From: Octopus bimaculoides
Lineage: Eukaryota
Length of the DNA stretch: 64,000 nt
Direction: 5' to 3'
Assembly (NCBI RefSeq): GCF_001194135.2
Contig: NC_068983.1
Location: 166,579,371-166,643,370 of the forward strand
Every line of letters begins with the position of its first letter. Within the stretch, counting starts at the first letter, position 1. Made by a program: the position numbers and the translations under genes. The notes beneath the pieces are model-generated. The model did not search any database and was not told the DNA's origin. It saw nothing but the letters and a program-made list of their open reading frames with translations. This document shows, piece by piece, positions 25,716-39,132 of the stretch.

Positions 25716-27327
25716 TGATAGCTAAAAAAAAATCAATTTTGAATTGATAGAAATTGAGACACAGGTTTTCTTGCTGTGGAGGAGATATTACATGGTTATC
25801 CCAGTTCACTTTGTAAAGTGGTTGGCATTTGGAAGGGCATCCAGCTGTAGAAACCATGTCAAAGCAGACACTGGAGCTTGGCACAGACCCCAGGCTTACC
25901 AGCACCTGTTAAACCATCCAACCCATACCAGCATGGCAGATGGACATTAAATGGATTGATAATATTCTGGTGATTTCTTTATATTTAGTGTGAGACTAAA
26001 ACAAAAAACAATTGGTTTTAATCTCAAATTATTTTTTGTTTTTATCTCTTCTACACCCAAATGTTAAATCTTTATTTTCGTTCCTCTTCCATTTCTATTG
26101 AACAACTCTGCAAATGATTCAGGCATTTCCTCTTTTTGCCTTTTATTCCAAACATCCGTCNNNNNNNNNNNNNNNNNNNNNNNNNNNNNNNNNNNNNNNN
26201 NNNNNNNNNNNNNNNNNNNNNNNNNNNNNNNNNNNNNNNNNNNNNNNNNNNNNNNNNNNNNNNNNNNNNNNNNNNNNNNNNNNNNNNNNNNNNNNNNNNN
26301 NNNNNNNNNNNNNNNNNNNNNNNNNNNNNNNNNNNNNNNNNNNNNNNNNNNNNNNNNNNNNNNNNNNNNNNNNNNNNNNNNNNNNNNNNNNNNNNNNNNN
26401 NNNNNNNNNNNNNNNNNNNNNNNNNNNNNNNNNNNNNNNNNNNNNNNNNNNNNNNNNNNNNNNNNNNNNNNNNNNNNNNNNNNNNNNNNNNNNNNNNNNN
26501 NNNNNNNNNNNNNNNNNNNNNNNNNNNNNNNNNNNNNNNNNNNNNNNNNNNNNNNNNNNNNNNNNNNNNNNNNNNNNNNNNNNNNNNNNNNNNNNNNNNN
26601 NNNNNNNNNNNNNNNNNNNNNNNNNNNNNNNNNNNNNNNNNNNNNNNNNNNNNNNNNNNNNNNNNNNNNNNNNNNNNNNNNNNNNNNNNNNNNNNNNNNN
26701 NNNNNNNNNNNNNNNNNNCGCCTTTTTGCTGCTCATTCCTTATTTTATTTATATTAAGCTATTTCTTTCCCTATCTACAGTCTGTCTGTCTGTCTCCTGC
26801 CTAAGCCTGACTCATTTCGTCCCAAACAACATTTATTAATAAACTTGGAAGATTTCTGACTAAGTCACTACAGGAGTTTCTTCTTTTTCTTTCTTTCTTT
26901 CTATTCTAATTTTGAAGCAAAAACAATAAGTGGGGGGTGGGGGTTGCTATGGTAACAAACTTCTAAAATTTATCCCACCTGATTTTTTATATTTATGTCT
27001 ATAAATTAAACTTTGATTTTATGTCAACTGACCAAAATTACTGTTTTGGTTTTTTTTTATGCTAAAAAATGTTTTACAATTGTTTTCCTCCTCCCCCATC
27101 TCTCCCCTTATTCTCCCTCTTTCTTCTACCCCCTCTTACTCTGTATAACTTATCAGTGTATTCTATGACTCTTGAAATGGTTTATCCTTTATTACTAATT
27201 GATGCAGCATATTTAATGTGGTTGGTTTTTTTTAGAGAAAGAAACATATTGTTCACATGACAATGCTGAGGTGTTGTTTTCAGGGTCAAATTTCTCCATC
27301 TCTTCGTCCTATATCTTGAAATAATCT

Positions 27328-27705
27328 TTAACCCTTTTGTCACTATTATTTCTACTGAATAACACTGCCATTGTTTCAATTAATTTTGAAAATAATGAAG
27401 ATTTCAATAAAATAGTTTTGTCACTTATGAAGCTGGTATTTGGAACTAGGATGAAATTTTGATGGAGGATTTTAGCTTGGATCATTTTAATCCTTTTCTT
27501 ATCTGTTGACATCCACTGCCTTTGTTTCAAATTTGGAAATAACAAAGAACTTAGTGAAATAATTTTGTCATTATTAAGTTGGTGTTTAGAACATAAATTA
27601 ACTTGATTAATTAATGAGTAGTTTTAATTTAGGTCACTTCACAACAGGGAGATTATATCATAGAAGCAGAGATGCTCTCAGAAGAATTCATATCAAAAGG
27701 GTTAA
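27328..27705. mobile_element. TTAA-flanked piggyBac-like MITE family 2, two tandem partial copies
   Basis: TTAACCCTTTTG at 27328 and AAAAGGGTTAA at 27705, with the internal CACTGCC(A/T)TTGTTTCAA motif twice. Other copies at about 2595-2795, 6345-6455, 19405-19590, 23565-23765, 49500-49691, 58050-58252. Confidence 0.72.
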
Positions 27706-28507
27706 TAGAAGCAGTTTGGGGGGGGGGGTGATGAAAGGGTTAATCAGATGGGTTTGAATCTTTTACTTGAGGACAAGTCTTTTTTTTTTTTTTTAACATA
27801 AAATTCTGATGGGTTTTAATTTGAATACAAACACTTTAAAACATGAAGTTTATATCCTAGAACCAGGGTTGTCTCAGGAGGTGTGGTATCAAGAGTTAAT
27901 TCATCCTTGCTAGTAATGTTTATTCTTTTTTTTTATGCTAAAATAACCATTTTCTCCCAATTTAATGTTGAAATTATTGGGAATTACAAAAGTTTTAATC
28001 TTTAATATTGCATTTCTACTCTGTTGTCAAACATTACAATCATTCATTGTTTATTTTTGCAAAGATATTTTTGGGTTTTCATTTTAAAAGCTAAAACAAT
28101 TCTTGTAGTGTTTTTCTGTCACCATTGTCTCTGATTATTTGACAACTGGTGTTGTAGCCTAAAACATGGTGGGGTTTTGAGTATGGAATATATTATGCTC
28201 ATGCGTGAGTAAGATAGAGACAGTGACATTGGCATATAGAGAGAAGTATAGCTAAGCTGATGGTGGACAAATAATTAACAGTAACAGATCCTTCAGCATT
28301 CAGATTGTTCTGTCCAATGTGATGCTTATTTATTTGTGGGGTTTTTTTGGGGGTTTTTTTGGAATTAATCATGCATTATCTCATAGCTTTTAGATTTCAA
28401 TGATGTGATTATTTATTTTTAGATAAATCTGTTCAGTTCCAACATAAAACCAGCAGAATGTTCAGGCTGGATATGGCTGGTTTAAATGTTAAAAGGGTTA
28501 AAGGAGT

Positions 28508-28545
<38 letters not shown>

Positions 28546-28697
28546 AGAAAGAAAGATAGAGATGTATGGATGCAAGGTCAGTAAGGAAACTCTTCATTAC
28601 CCTATTACTCTTTCATTGATACTATTTATAAATGGTGTTGGGGTGGAGGTGGAACGAAGATTATCAATTTCACTTTATCACCAAATTTGTTTAGTAC

Positions 28698-28745
<48 letters not shown>

Positions 28746-30179
28746 ACATGTTCCTGGGCATGGCACTCTTATATGGTGACAAAAGCAATAGATAAAGAAA
28801 GATAACGTATGCTTCCATTCTACCATGGTACCCAAACATTAAATTATGATGATGGTGGAGGTGGTGGTGATGCCTAATAATTGTATAAAAAGTAGAGAAG
28901 AGACAGTATTTCTGTGAGCCAGAGTTTAGAGTGTGTTTACAAATGTCTTCGTGCCAATCAATGTGTGGCCTATGATGTCTACAGGTTTAGCTGCAGCACT
29001 GTCCCAGGGTTTGCTGTGAATTTTGTGTCTCTACATTGCCCTAAATATTTTGTCTATAATTTCATCAGAAGTCAACACTGTGTTGATTAATTCCTCAACA
29101 TAACCAAATGCATTATTGTCTTCCAACCTTTTGTTCTGTAGCATAATTACATTGGGGAATAGGCTTGAAAGTTGTTGTCCACAGAGTAAAGCTGTTACAT
29201 TTAATTAAATACGAGAGATTCAGAGAATATAGGTATTGATATGATGAGGAAATTTACTTCCCAACCACAAGGCTTCAGGTTCACCCCAACTGTTTGACAC
29301 CTTAGGTATGTGTCTTCTGCTATAGCCTTGGGCCAATCAAAGTCTTGTGAGTAGATTTGGGAGATGGAAACTGAAGGAAGTTCATCATGTGTGTGTGTGT
29401 GTGTATATGTTTCCTTGTTTTGCCCTCGTGATAGTCGTAAATGAGTGCCACTGTCATAGAAGCAGCATAATGTTTGTTTCCAATATTCTGTGAAAGACAT
29501 GTCTGGCCATAGGAAAACATTACCTTGCTTGAAAACAAGTTAGGATTGGTGAGGGGAAGAGCATCCAGCCACAGCAAATCTGCCTCAATAAACTCCTTCC
29601 GACTCTTGCAAGTATAGAAAAGCAAATGTTAAAACGATGATGATGATGATGAAACAAGAAGGCTGTGTGGTAAAACAACTCAACATATTAAGGACACCAG
29701 TATATCACTGGTGCTGACATGGGGTGGGGGTTGCTTCCAGTAAACACAGTAATAAATGAATCCTCTTCATGTTCTTAATAAATAGAAAGGGGAATGGTAG
29801 ACTCAGAGCAGCAAAGCTGCCTCCATTACGTTTTCTCAATCATCTCTGCTTTTTCCTGCAGAGAATTCACCCGTCTCCATCGTTTGCTAGGATCAGGTGC
29901 CTTCATACTTTTTTCTGTCCTCTGGTCCCATGAATTTCAAGTTTGAAAAGCCATATAAAAAGTACACAGCTTTGCAGCACAGTCATGGAAACACAGGCAG
30001 TAAATCAGTGCATTAGTCAGAAGGAAGCATGTCCGGTTTCGGCCCGTATTCCTCTACCGTTTTTGCTTTGGCGACCTCACCACCTTTGGAGGTGTGTTCA
30101 GCTCTGGTGTTGGGTGCATTTCTTCTTCTTCTGTTCCCTGGTCTCTTTGATGCAGCAGCATCAACAAGTGTCAGCAGGT

Positions 30180-30292
30180 GACTGACAATCTTACCAAATT
30201 TCCTTTTAAATACTCGCTGATAGGCTGATAGGCTCCAGCAGCCAGCACCAACTAGTTGTCACGTGACCCTGTCTAAACTTCAACTGACCAAT
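30180..30292 (-). promoter_or_regulatory. Candidate Pol II core promoter (CCAAT, E-box, TATA, Inr)
   Basis: Minus-strand TATTTAAAAG starts at 30212; Inr TCAGTC has its A at 30183 (29-nt spacing). Palindromic GTCACGTGAC at 30258-30267 and CCAAT at 30288-30292. Confidence 0.4.
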
Positions 30293-30604
30293 GGAGGGGA
30301 AGGGCACGTAATCTTAGCCCGAGCCCTCTCTAAACCTGCCTTCCAAATAAGGCTACATGGGAGTAGATTGTGTAGGAAGGATTAAACACATTATTAAGTG
30401 AATATCAACATAACAAAATAAGGTTTGTCCTAATACAATGTCCCTTTCTAATTGGAAATACTGATGTTTAGATTGGATTGGAGCCTGGTGTTGCCATCCG
30501 GTTTCACCAGTCCTCAGTCAAATCGTCCAACCCATGCTAGCATGGAAAGCGGACATTAAATGATGATGATGATGATGATGTCACTTTGTTGCTTCTGCTA
30601 AATA

Positions 30605-31111
30605 CAGTAATTACTTGCCATATCACGGTTCACCTATCGCACCCTCAGAGCTTTGCAAATTTTTTTTGCTAATATATGTAAATTTATATCGGGGACTCCT
30701 CAGTATATTGTGGGTTTCTGCAGCACATAGGTATTTATATTTTTTGAGATTTTAATTATTTCTGTGGTAAAATAAGCATTTTCACGCTTGAAAATTAATA
30801 AATTAATAAATAGAAAAACAGTACTGCACTGTATAACACATTAATTCAATTATATTAAAAGAAAATATGTCATGTACTGTAGATGAATAAACAAAGAATT
30901 GCACATACTAAGTGGAAAACGAAACTATTAAGGGTGTGGGGAGAGTTTATAAAAGCTTAAATATTGTATATAAAAATAATAAAATAAACATATGCAAATT
31001 ATAAAAATAGTATAAAAAAAATTTATACAGTACTGTTTCTACTTTGCGGATTTTCACCCATCACGGGTGATGGGGGGGGATATAACACCCGCGATAGTCA
31101 AAGGATTACTG
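30605..31111. mobile_element. Tigger/pogo-like MITE, 507 bp
   Basis: TIRs CAGTAATTACTTGCCATATCACGG and the reverse complement of CAGTAATCCTTTGACTATCGCGG. TA flanks at 30603-30604 and 31112-31113. AT-rich non-coding interior. Confidence 0.85.
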
Positions 31112-31912
31112 TATTGATAAAAAAAAAATGTGTGTGTGTGTGTGTAAATAAAGTTTTGGATTTTGGATTTCTCTTTCATTGTTAATGAAAGGTGACATAT
31201 TTACTATGAAACTATTATTGTCATTATTACCTCATTAGATTGAATTAAAATATAATAAATTAAAGGGCTACATTGTTATATTTGTTTAATAGTCAGTGTT
31301 AATAATATAATTATATACTTACTTTATCACCATACACAGAGAAAGTGAAAGTTTTCTTTGGCAATTATTTGAAAAGAAAGAAACATTTAATTTTTCATTT
31401 AATTTTTTGTTTAATTCTTTTCTAACTATTTTTCCCTCTCCTCTTGCAGCAGAGAAAGCATTGGTCCATATTTTCTCTGGCAAGTTTATAATTATCAATC
31501 ATCATTCATCACCCCCACCCGTCCCATGCTAGCATCCCTTAAATGGAATTCATTGAAGCAGATTTCCTATGACCAGGTGCCCTTCCTGTTGCCAACCCTC
31601 ACCTGTTTCCAAGTGAGGTAATGTTTCCACATGGCTGAACATGTTTTTCATGGAAGATTGGAAGTGAGCAACATCGTTTCCATTGTGGGGATTCTCATTG
31701 GCAACCATCACATGATGTTAAAACAAGGGTAGTACACACACACACACACACACAGGTTTCTTTCAGTTTCTATCTATCAAATTCTTTGATCAGCTGGCGG
31801 GGGTGGAGGGATGGGGCTATAATAGAAGACGCTTAGTTAAGATGCCACACAGTGGAAGTGAACCTGAACATTGTTGGGAAGCAATTTTAATTGCATTGCT
31901 GTGCCTGCATCT

Positions 31913-32139
31913 TTAACCCTTTAGCATTTAGATTATCCTGTCAAATGTAATCCTTATTTATTCACATTTTTAAAAAATTAATCCTGGATTATCTCATAAC
32001 TTTGAGATTTCAGTGATGTGATTGTTTATTTAAAATGACATTGTAGGGGAGGTGTGAGAGGCTGGATCTGGCCAGTGTGAACTTGAAACAAGTAGAATTT
32101 TTGAGCTTGATATGGCCTGTCTAAATATTAAAGGATCAA
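31913..32139. mobile_element. piggyBac-like MITE family 1 copy
   Basis: TTAACCCTTTAGCATTTAGATTA...AAATATTAAAGGATCAA; interior matches 6452-6673 and 28288-28501. Confidence 0.78.
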
Positions 32140-32674
32140 ACACTGGAAAAAAAAAAAAAAAAAAAAAAAAATCCCATCCAAACAAGTTCTTCAGTTTTTT
32201 AATAGTAAACAAAAGCAGAAAACAAAAAAGAATTCTTTTTCATTTTTGATGAAACTCAATATATTTATTTACTCTGAGAATAAAAAAACATTTAAGCTAT
32301 CCATTTCTTTTCCTGAACAGCTGCAGCTCAACTGTAAGTGGACCACTAAATAGACTTGGAGTTGTGTGGCCAACAGTATTAGGAACATGCCCAAGAATAT
32401 AGTTTCTGTTACCCACCGAGCTGTTTTGGATAAGTTCAGGAGTGGAGCACACATACCTTATTAACTTAGAACTGGTGGAGCACTGATCAGTCAGCTGACT
32501 GAAAGTGCTGATAGTAGCTGGTTGTAGGGTGGATAGTCCTGATAGACCAGTGGTCAGACAACCCAATAAGAGCAAAGATGGTGATTGTTGTTCAGGGGTT
32601 GGGTTAGAAGTGAACTATTCACCTGTTGAAGCATTTTCTGCAACAACAGGCAAAGTTTCAAAAATAAGTTTTTC

Positions 32675-33595
32675 TAATTTTGGCACAAGGCCAGCAGTTT
32701 TGAAGAGAGGGGCAAATTGCTTCCATTAACCCCTAGTGTTTGACTGGTATTTTTATCAACCTTTCAAGGATGGAAGGCAAAGTTAACCTCAGCAGGATTT
32801 GAACTCAGAATAAACTGGAAAAATGCCACTAGCATTTCATATGATACACTAACAATTCTGCCAGCTCGTTGATGATGATGATAATCCTTTCTACTACAGG
32901 CACAAGGCCTGAAATTTGGGGGAGGGGACTAGTCAATTGCATTGACCACCAGTACTTGACTGGTACTTATTTCATTGACCCCCCACCCCAAAAAAAGGAT
33001 GAAAGGCAAAGTCAACGTTGGTGGAATTTGGACTCAGAAGTAAAGATGGACGAAATGTCGCTAAGGATTTCATCCAGTGAGCTAATGATTCTGCCTGCTC
33101 ACTGCCTTAATAATAATAATAATATTAATAATAATTATTATTATTATTATTTCAAATTTTTGCCACAAGGGCAGCTTGGGGGAGGTGGAGACAAGTCAAT
33201 TACATTGACCCCAGTGTTCAGCTGGTACTTCATTTATTGACCCCGAAAAGATGAAAGGCAAAGTCGGCCATGGCGGAATTTGAACTCTGAATGTAGCAAC
33301 AGGCAAAATACTGCTAAGCATTTTGTCCAGCGTGCTAACGATTCTGGCAGCTTGACGCCTTAATAATAATTATAATAATGATTTCAAATTTTGCCACAAG
33401 GCCAGCAATTTTGGAGGTGGAGTTAAGCTAATTAGATTGACCCCCAGGACTCAACTGGTACTTTACTTTATTGATGCTGAAAGGATGAAAGACAAAGTCA
33501 CCCTCAGCAGAATTTGAACTCAGAACATAGAGCTAAAGCAAAAATGTTACTGAGCATTCTGTCCAACATGCTAATGATCCTGCCAGCTCATTCCC

Positions 33596-33597
<2 letters not shown>
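32675..33597 (-). mobile_element. Four head-to-tail copies of SINE family C (GAGCTGGCAGAATCGTTAG head)
   Basis: Units at ~32675-32868, 32885-33108, 33150-33361 and 33381-33597 each contain GAATTTGAACTC (B box, reverse complement) and GAAAGGATGAAAGGCAAAGT, separated by (TAA)n or (GAT)n. Confidence 0.88.
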
Positions 33598-33627
<30 letters not shown>

Positions 33628-33767
33628 TTATGTAACTTTTCATGAAGGTAAATGCACAATAATACTGTTAATGATAGTAATTAATAATAATAATAATAAT
33701 GATGATGATGCTAGCATGCAGAGATAAATGTACACCACCACCAGTACTACTTAGAACTCCCCATCAT

Positions 33768-33820
<53 letters not shown>

Positions 33821-34568
33821 AGTTTCTATAAATGACTCCAGTTTCTCTCTCCCTCTCTCTCATTTTCTAAGTAGGAGCTAAATGATAACATCTGTTCATT
33901 TTCAGGTTTATTGGTGGGTTGGTTGCTTTAGAAAATAACTCAATTTAACACACATCTCTTGTTGTGCACCCTAGATTTTCTAACAAGCTCTCTCTATTTT
34001 AGGTTCATTATTTTGTTCATACAATCTTCTCCTCTCTGAATAATAAGATAATAATAATAATAATAACAATAATGATAATAATAACGACGACTCTTAAAGC
34101 ATTTTTTAGATTTTCATTGATTTGCTACATCCATGAATAAAAGCACTGACTGCTATTTATTTTTTTCTCGTGTGATTTTGGGGTTAAATGTTTAAAGTTA
34201 AAACAGCTCTGTGAACAGGTTACTTTCGTTTTAATTTATGCAAGTAACCTCGGCCATAAATGTGTCCTACTCCTTTTTGTATATGTTTAAGTCCCTTGAC
34301 CGCAGGAGATAGATTAAGACAATCGTCATATTGATGATGGGCATTGAAGCAGAAACTTGTGTCCATGGCTTTGACTGTCCTCATATCTGCAGACAACAAA
34401 ACCTGTCCTTAGGAGAATCCTTGAATCTTGTGATTATCTCCCTTTGATCTTAATTAGTAATTATGATACATCCTCTAGAGGCAGAGATAATTTTAATAGA
34501 TTAATAATTAATCTTGTATGGTATTTGATATACCCATTTGATTTTCTAATTCCTAAAAATTAAAATGG

Positions 34569-34941
34569 GGATGGCATGGCTGTGTGGTAAGTAGCTTGCT
34601 TATCAACCACAGAGTTCCAGGTTCAGTCCCACTGCTGGCACCTTGGACAAGTGTCTTCTATTATAGCCTTGGGCTGACCAAAGCTTTGTGAGTGGATTTG
34701 GTAGACAGAAACTGAAAGAAGCCCGTCATATATGTGTGCGTGTGTGTGTTTGTGTTTGTCACCCTAACATTGCTTGACAACCAATGTTGGTGTGTTTACA
34801 TCCCCATAACTTAGTGGTTCAGCAAAAGAGACCGATAGAATAAGTACTAGGCTTACAAAGAATAAGTCCTAGGGTTGATTTGTTCGACTAAATGTAGTGT
34901 TCCAGCATGGCCACAGTCAAATGACTGAAACAAAGAAAAGA
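34569..34941 (+). mobile_element. tRNA-derived SINE family A, full length
   Basis: TGGCTGTGTGGTAAG...GGTTCAGTCCCACTG...CACCTTGGACAAGTGTCTTC...CAGCATGGCCACAGTCAAATGACTGAAAC. A second head follows at ~34945-35115. Confidence 0.88.
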
Positions 34942-36027
34942 CTAGGTGCAGTCTTGGCTATGTGGTTAAGAAGTTTACTTCCCAACCACATGGTTTTCAG
35001 TTCAGTCCCACTATGCAGCACCATGAGCAAGTGTCTTTTACTACAACCCCAAGACCAATCAAAGCTTTGTGAGTGAATTTGATAGGCAGAAACTGTGTGG
35101 AAGCCTGTTGTATATCATCATTATTAAAATCTGTTTTTTTTTTTTTTATTCCCCCATGTTTGCACAGGTCGGATGGAGTTTATTGAGGCAGATTTTCTAC
35201 AATTAGCTGCCCTCACCTGTTCCCAAGCAGGGCTTTATATTCCCCCTTCACGAGAATATAGGAAGTTTATGACATTCATTTGCAATAGTCATGTGACGTC
35301 ACATGAGACAAACCCTCACACAGGTCTATCCATGTACAACAAGCTTCTTTCAGTTTCTCTTCACCAAATCCACTTTCAAGGCTTTGCTTGGCTTGAGGCG
35401 GAGTAAAAAGCACGTGCCCAATGTGCCATACACTGAGACTGAACCTGAAGCCATGTGATTGAGAAGCAAACTTCTTACCAAACAGCCACACCTGCACCTA
35501 TCCCATGTGTGTGTCTGTGTGTAAGATGAGGATTTTTGTGTTTGTATTGGTTTGTTTACATCCTTCTAAGTGGTTTGGCAAAAGAAAGCAACAGGACGTG
35601 TACCAGATTAAAAATGAAGTCCTGGGGTCGATTCGTTTGTGTAAACCCATTCAAAGCAGAGCGCCAACAGGGTTGCAGTCCAATGAATGAAATCAGTAAA
35701 ACGGGAAATATGGTTTCTAATTAAACTAATTTCTCTCACACCATTGTTTCTGGTCCAGCTGGAGTCTTTTCTTGTTACTCATCCCATTAGTAAATAAACA
35801 TTTCACACAATATTCAACAACATTTTGAAATTTATTTCACGAAATGTATTTATTTTGACAAAGGTTTTCTGATCAAATATTTCGTCTGCTGGTGTGGAAT
35901 TTGTCCCTTCTTCCTACCAAAAATATTATTTCTATTTGTTTTCATAGTATTTCGAATACTTATGTTTGCAATTAGCTTTCCTATTTGGGACGGAGCCATT
36001 AAAGGGAAACTCTGTGTGTCTGTATGC

Positions 36028-36076
<49 letters not shown>

Positions 36077-37134
36077 AAATCTTGTGTCTATAATGAAGAC
36101 GGTAAATATGGAAATGTGAAAATGATATACAATCTGTGATGAAAATGAACTGATAAGCAACAATTTATTCTTCGCTATAAATTACACTGATTGCCCAACA
36201 TGAAATAAATTAATATAACAGGTTACAACCAAAATGTGTGAGAGACTTCATGGTTAGGCTGGACTGTTGATCTTGTAGACAGAGTTGACATACTGTTTGG
36301 GCGGGGGTGTAGAGGCAGCCATTGGTCTGTTGATTTTGTGGTGTTCATATGGCAACAATGTAGGCAGGCGTCTGGTGGAGATGAAAGCAGAGACTGGCTG
36401 GTGTCAGATACATTGTTACCAGAGACAAGTTGTGTGTGGTCAGTGGTGTGTGCCAAAGACCTAGTGCAGTCGAGAACTACCATTCTTATAGAGATCAGGA
36501 GGCTCCCAGGGCTAGTGATTAATTTCCCGCATAAGGAAAAATGAACTGTTGTGCCAACATAATTGGATGACTGGAAACTGACCAATATGAACAAGTTCGA
36601 CTAATCACAAGGTCATGTGACCTGCTGGAACGAAAAGGCCTGTGGAGCCAATATGCAGGTATTTAAGCCCAAATGACTCACAACGGAAACATCCCACACA
36701 ATCACTTCTGCTGCATGTCGAAGTTGAGGAGACAGGCTAAAAACTCTGAGACAACCGAAGTTCAAAAACATGAAGTTATTTTGTCAATGTGAGGTTGATA
36801 AAAGAAATTAGAAACATTTGTCAGGAACTTGTTCAAAAGTTAGCCTTTGTTATCCAAAAATATTTTCAAAATAGCTTAAGAATTGTAAAAAAAAGATTCT
36901 CTTTTAGAATACAAAATAATCTTCTATGACACTTTGCTTGCAGCTTTTTCTATGAAATTTTCCAACTGAGTAACAACAGCAAACATGTCATCAGAATTGT
37001 CATGGATTTAAATAAACTGACTCAGAGAAGAGCATGAAGCTTGTGCAGAGATGTTGGTTGAAGGAAATCTTCTGAGTTAGATTCTTTGTCAGTCTCTGTA
37101 GCTGTTGGGTTGTATTTTTTTGAATGATGGTGTG

Positions 37135-39132
37135 TGTAGTATAGCGAAGGTTGCTGAATTACATCCCTTTGCTGGAAAACGCCATATGGTGGCATGGCAG
37201 CTGACACCTACATATTCCAGCGTTTTGGGCACTCTTCCCCTCTCTCGCCATCCAGGATGCCAGGGAGCACGAATCTCTCTTCTGCCTAAAACCACAGACC
37301 ACGTGCGGTTACTGCCATTCTAACAATGCCTGCCTAGCCGACTTCTTATCACTGTTGCTATAATGGTGCCTGTTCAATAGATTACAGACCACCGTCATTC
37401 TCCTGCCTCATGTTTGTCAAGTGTACAGGATATGTATGTTCATGGTAGCATCATTGCATTGTGGTTAAATATTTCTATTTTCAAGATGGTGGATGACTTT
37501 CTCCTCGCAGACATGACCTTATGGTCTTTCGCACATGTGCACCGGCGCCATTCGCTTTGCTTTGACTGGAGTTCTTCTGCTCAGCATTTCTCGTTTTGTA
37601 CCAGTTGGACTGTTTTTTGCGCTGAAGAACAAACTACTCCCAGTATTTCTCCTTGCTTCATTGTGCCTACGATGCTGAAGTCTTTTGCTTACAACACTGC
37701 ATCGGACAGAGCAATTGCTGCTGTTATTTCTCCTCCTCAGCTGCATGAAGGACACCTTTAGACATATCGGCCATTTTGGACTTAATTGGACTCTGCTTTA
37801 GAGACTGCAAGTGTTCCCTGCCTGCGCATTGTATTGCATTTCTGTTGTCTGGTTGTCTGGTTTTTCACTTTTCTTTGCACATCACCTTCTTTTTCAGGAC
37901 TTTACCTATGTATGTACATATTTCGGAATATTGTGTATATTATGTTAACTTGTTTCAACGTTCATACGCACATGCACCACATCCCGTGTTTCCAGTTGCT
38001 TTCTCATTGCCCCTGCAGGCTAGCACCTTCTGCCTCTGCAACCGACCTACCACTCTTGCACACTAACAACACCTTTCCCCCACTGCAAGCGACCCACTGC
38101 CCTTGCAGGCAAATTCTTGGTGCTGCTCATCTCTCAGTAACCAACATTGTGTCCCAAACACTTTCACTTTTCTATCCTGTGATTTCCAGGACAGTTGTTG
38201 TCACGTTTGCATGTCACATGTTCTCTGTCTCAAAACTTTGCTCTAATTTTTGCCTTTTCATGTATGTTTTGTGTTGTCAAACCCCCTGGCATATTCTGCA
38301 GTCTTGTTCACTGCCTCAGCCTTGCATTACCTACATCCATACAGATTCTGTACATTCCCTTGCATACCTTATTTTCAGCTTCTACATGGACTGAATTTAT
38401 ATTGTATTTTGCTTGCATGTTTTCTTGTTGCTTTTTTGTACATTTTCTATTTTCCTGTGTGCTCGTATTTGCATGTTTTCCAATGCTCTGATCTCCTATG
38501 CCACCCACCTTTTTGCACACTTGGTCTGTGATGCACAGCTTTTAGCTCAAGGTTTTTTTGCATCAGACCCTGCAAACGGTGCTTACACTTTCCATTTCTG
38601 GCTCCTGCATTTTTTATTGCAACTTTTTCTGATACATCCATGCATTCCTGCTTTCCTTTGGCTTGGAACCTTTGGCTGCCAGAGATCACTCTCTGTGCTC
38701 AACAGTTGGGACAGATTTTTCTTCCTAATGATGACAGAAAGTAGGTTTTTACATTTTTTCCCCCTTTCCTCCGCCTTTTGTGCTACAAATTTTAAAAAGT
38801 TACCAACAGTGGTCTCGAAGGGGGATGATGTAGCATAGCAAGGATAGCTGATATACGTCCCTTCGCTGGAAAACGCCATATGGTGGCATGGCAGCCGACA
38901 CCTATATATTCCAGCGTTTTCGGCGCTCTTCCTCTCTCTCAAGATCCAGGATGGCAAGGAGCACGAATCTCTCTTCTGCTTAAAGCTACAGACCACGTGC
39001 GGTTACTGCCATTCTAACAATGCCTGCCTAGCCGACTTCTTATCACTGTTGCTATAATGGTGCCTGTTCAATAGATTACAGACCACCATCATTCTCATGG
39101 CAACTTATTCAGCAAGTAACTCTATTGCCACA
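37135..39132 (+). mobile_element. Non-autonomous or deleted LTR retrotransposon (Gypsy-like), ~2 kb
   Basis: Direct repeats of ~270-300 bp begin TGTAG at 37135 and 38829. Purine tract GAAGGGGGA lies just before the right LTR. TGGTAGCA at 37443-37450 is a partial tRNA-iMet PBS. Weak gag-like DFLLADMTLWSFAHV. No TSD recognised. Confidence 0.78.

Noticed and set aside
32297-32637. Minus-strand exon with good acceptor (32637) and AG|GTATGT donor (32457)
   Set aside because: All three frames of the 181-nt exon contain stops and there is no recognisable homology; at most non-coding.
36200-36800. GC-richer segment as a retroelement gag or LTR
   Set aside because: No diagnostic motif, terminal repeat or second copy; left unclassified.
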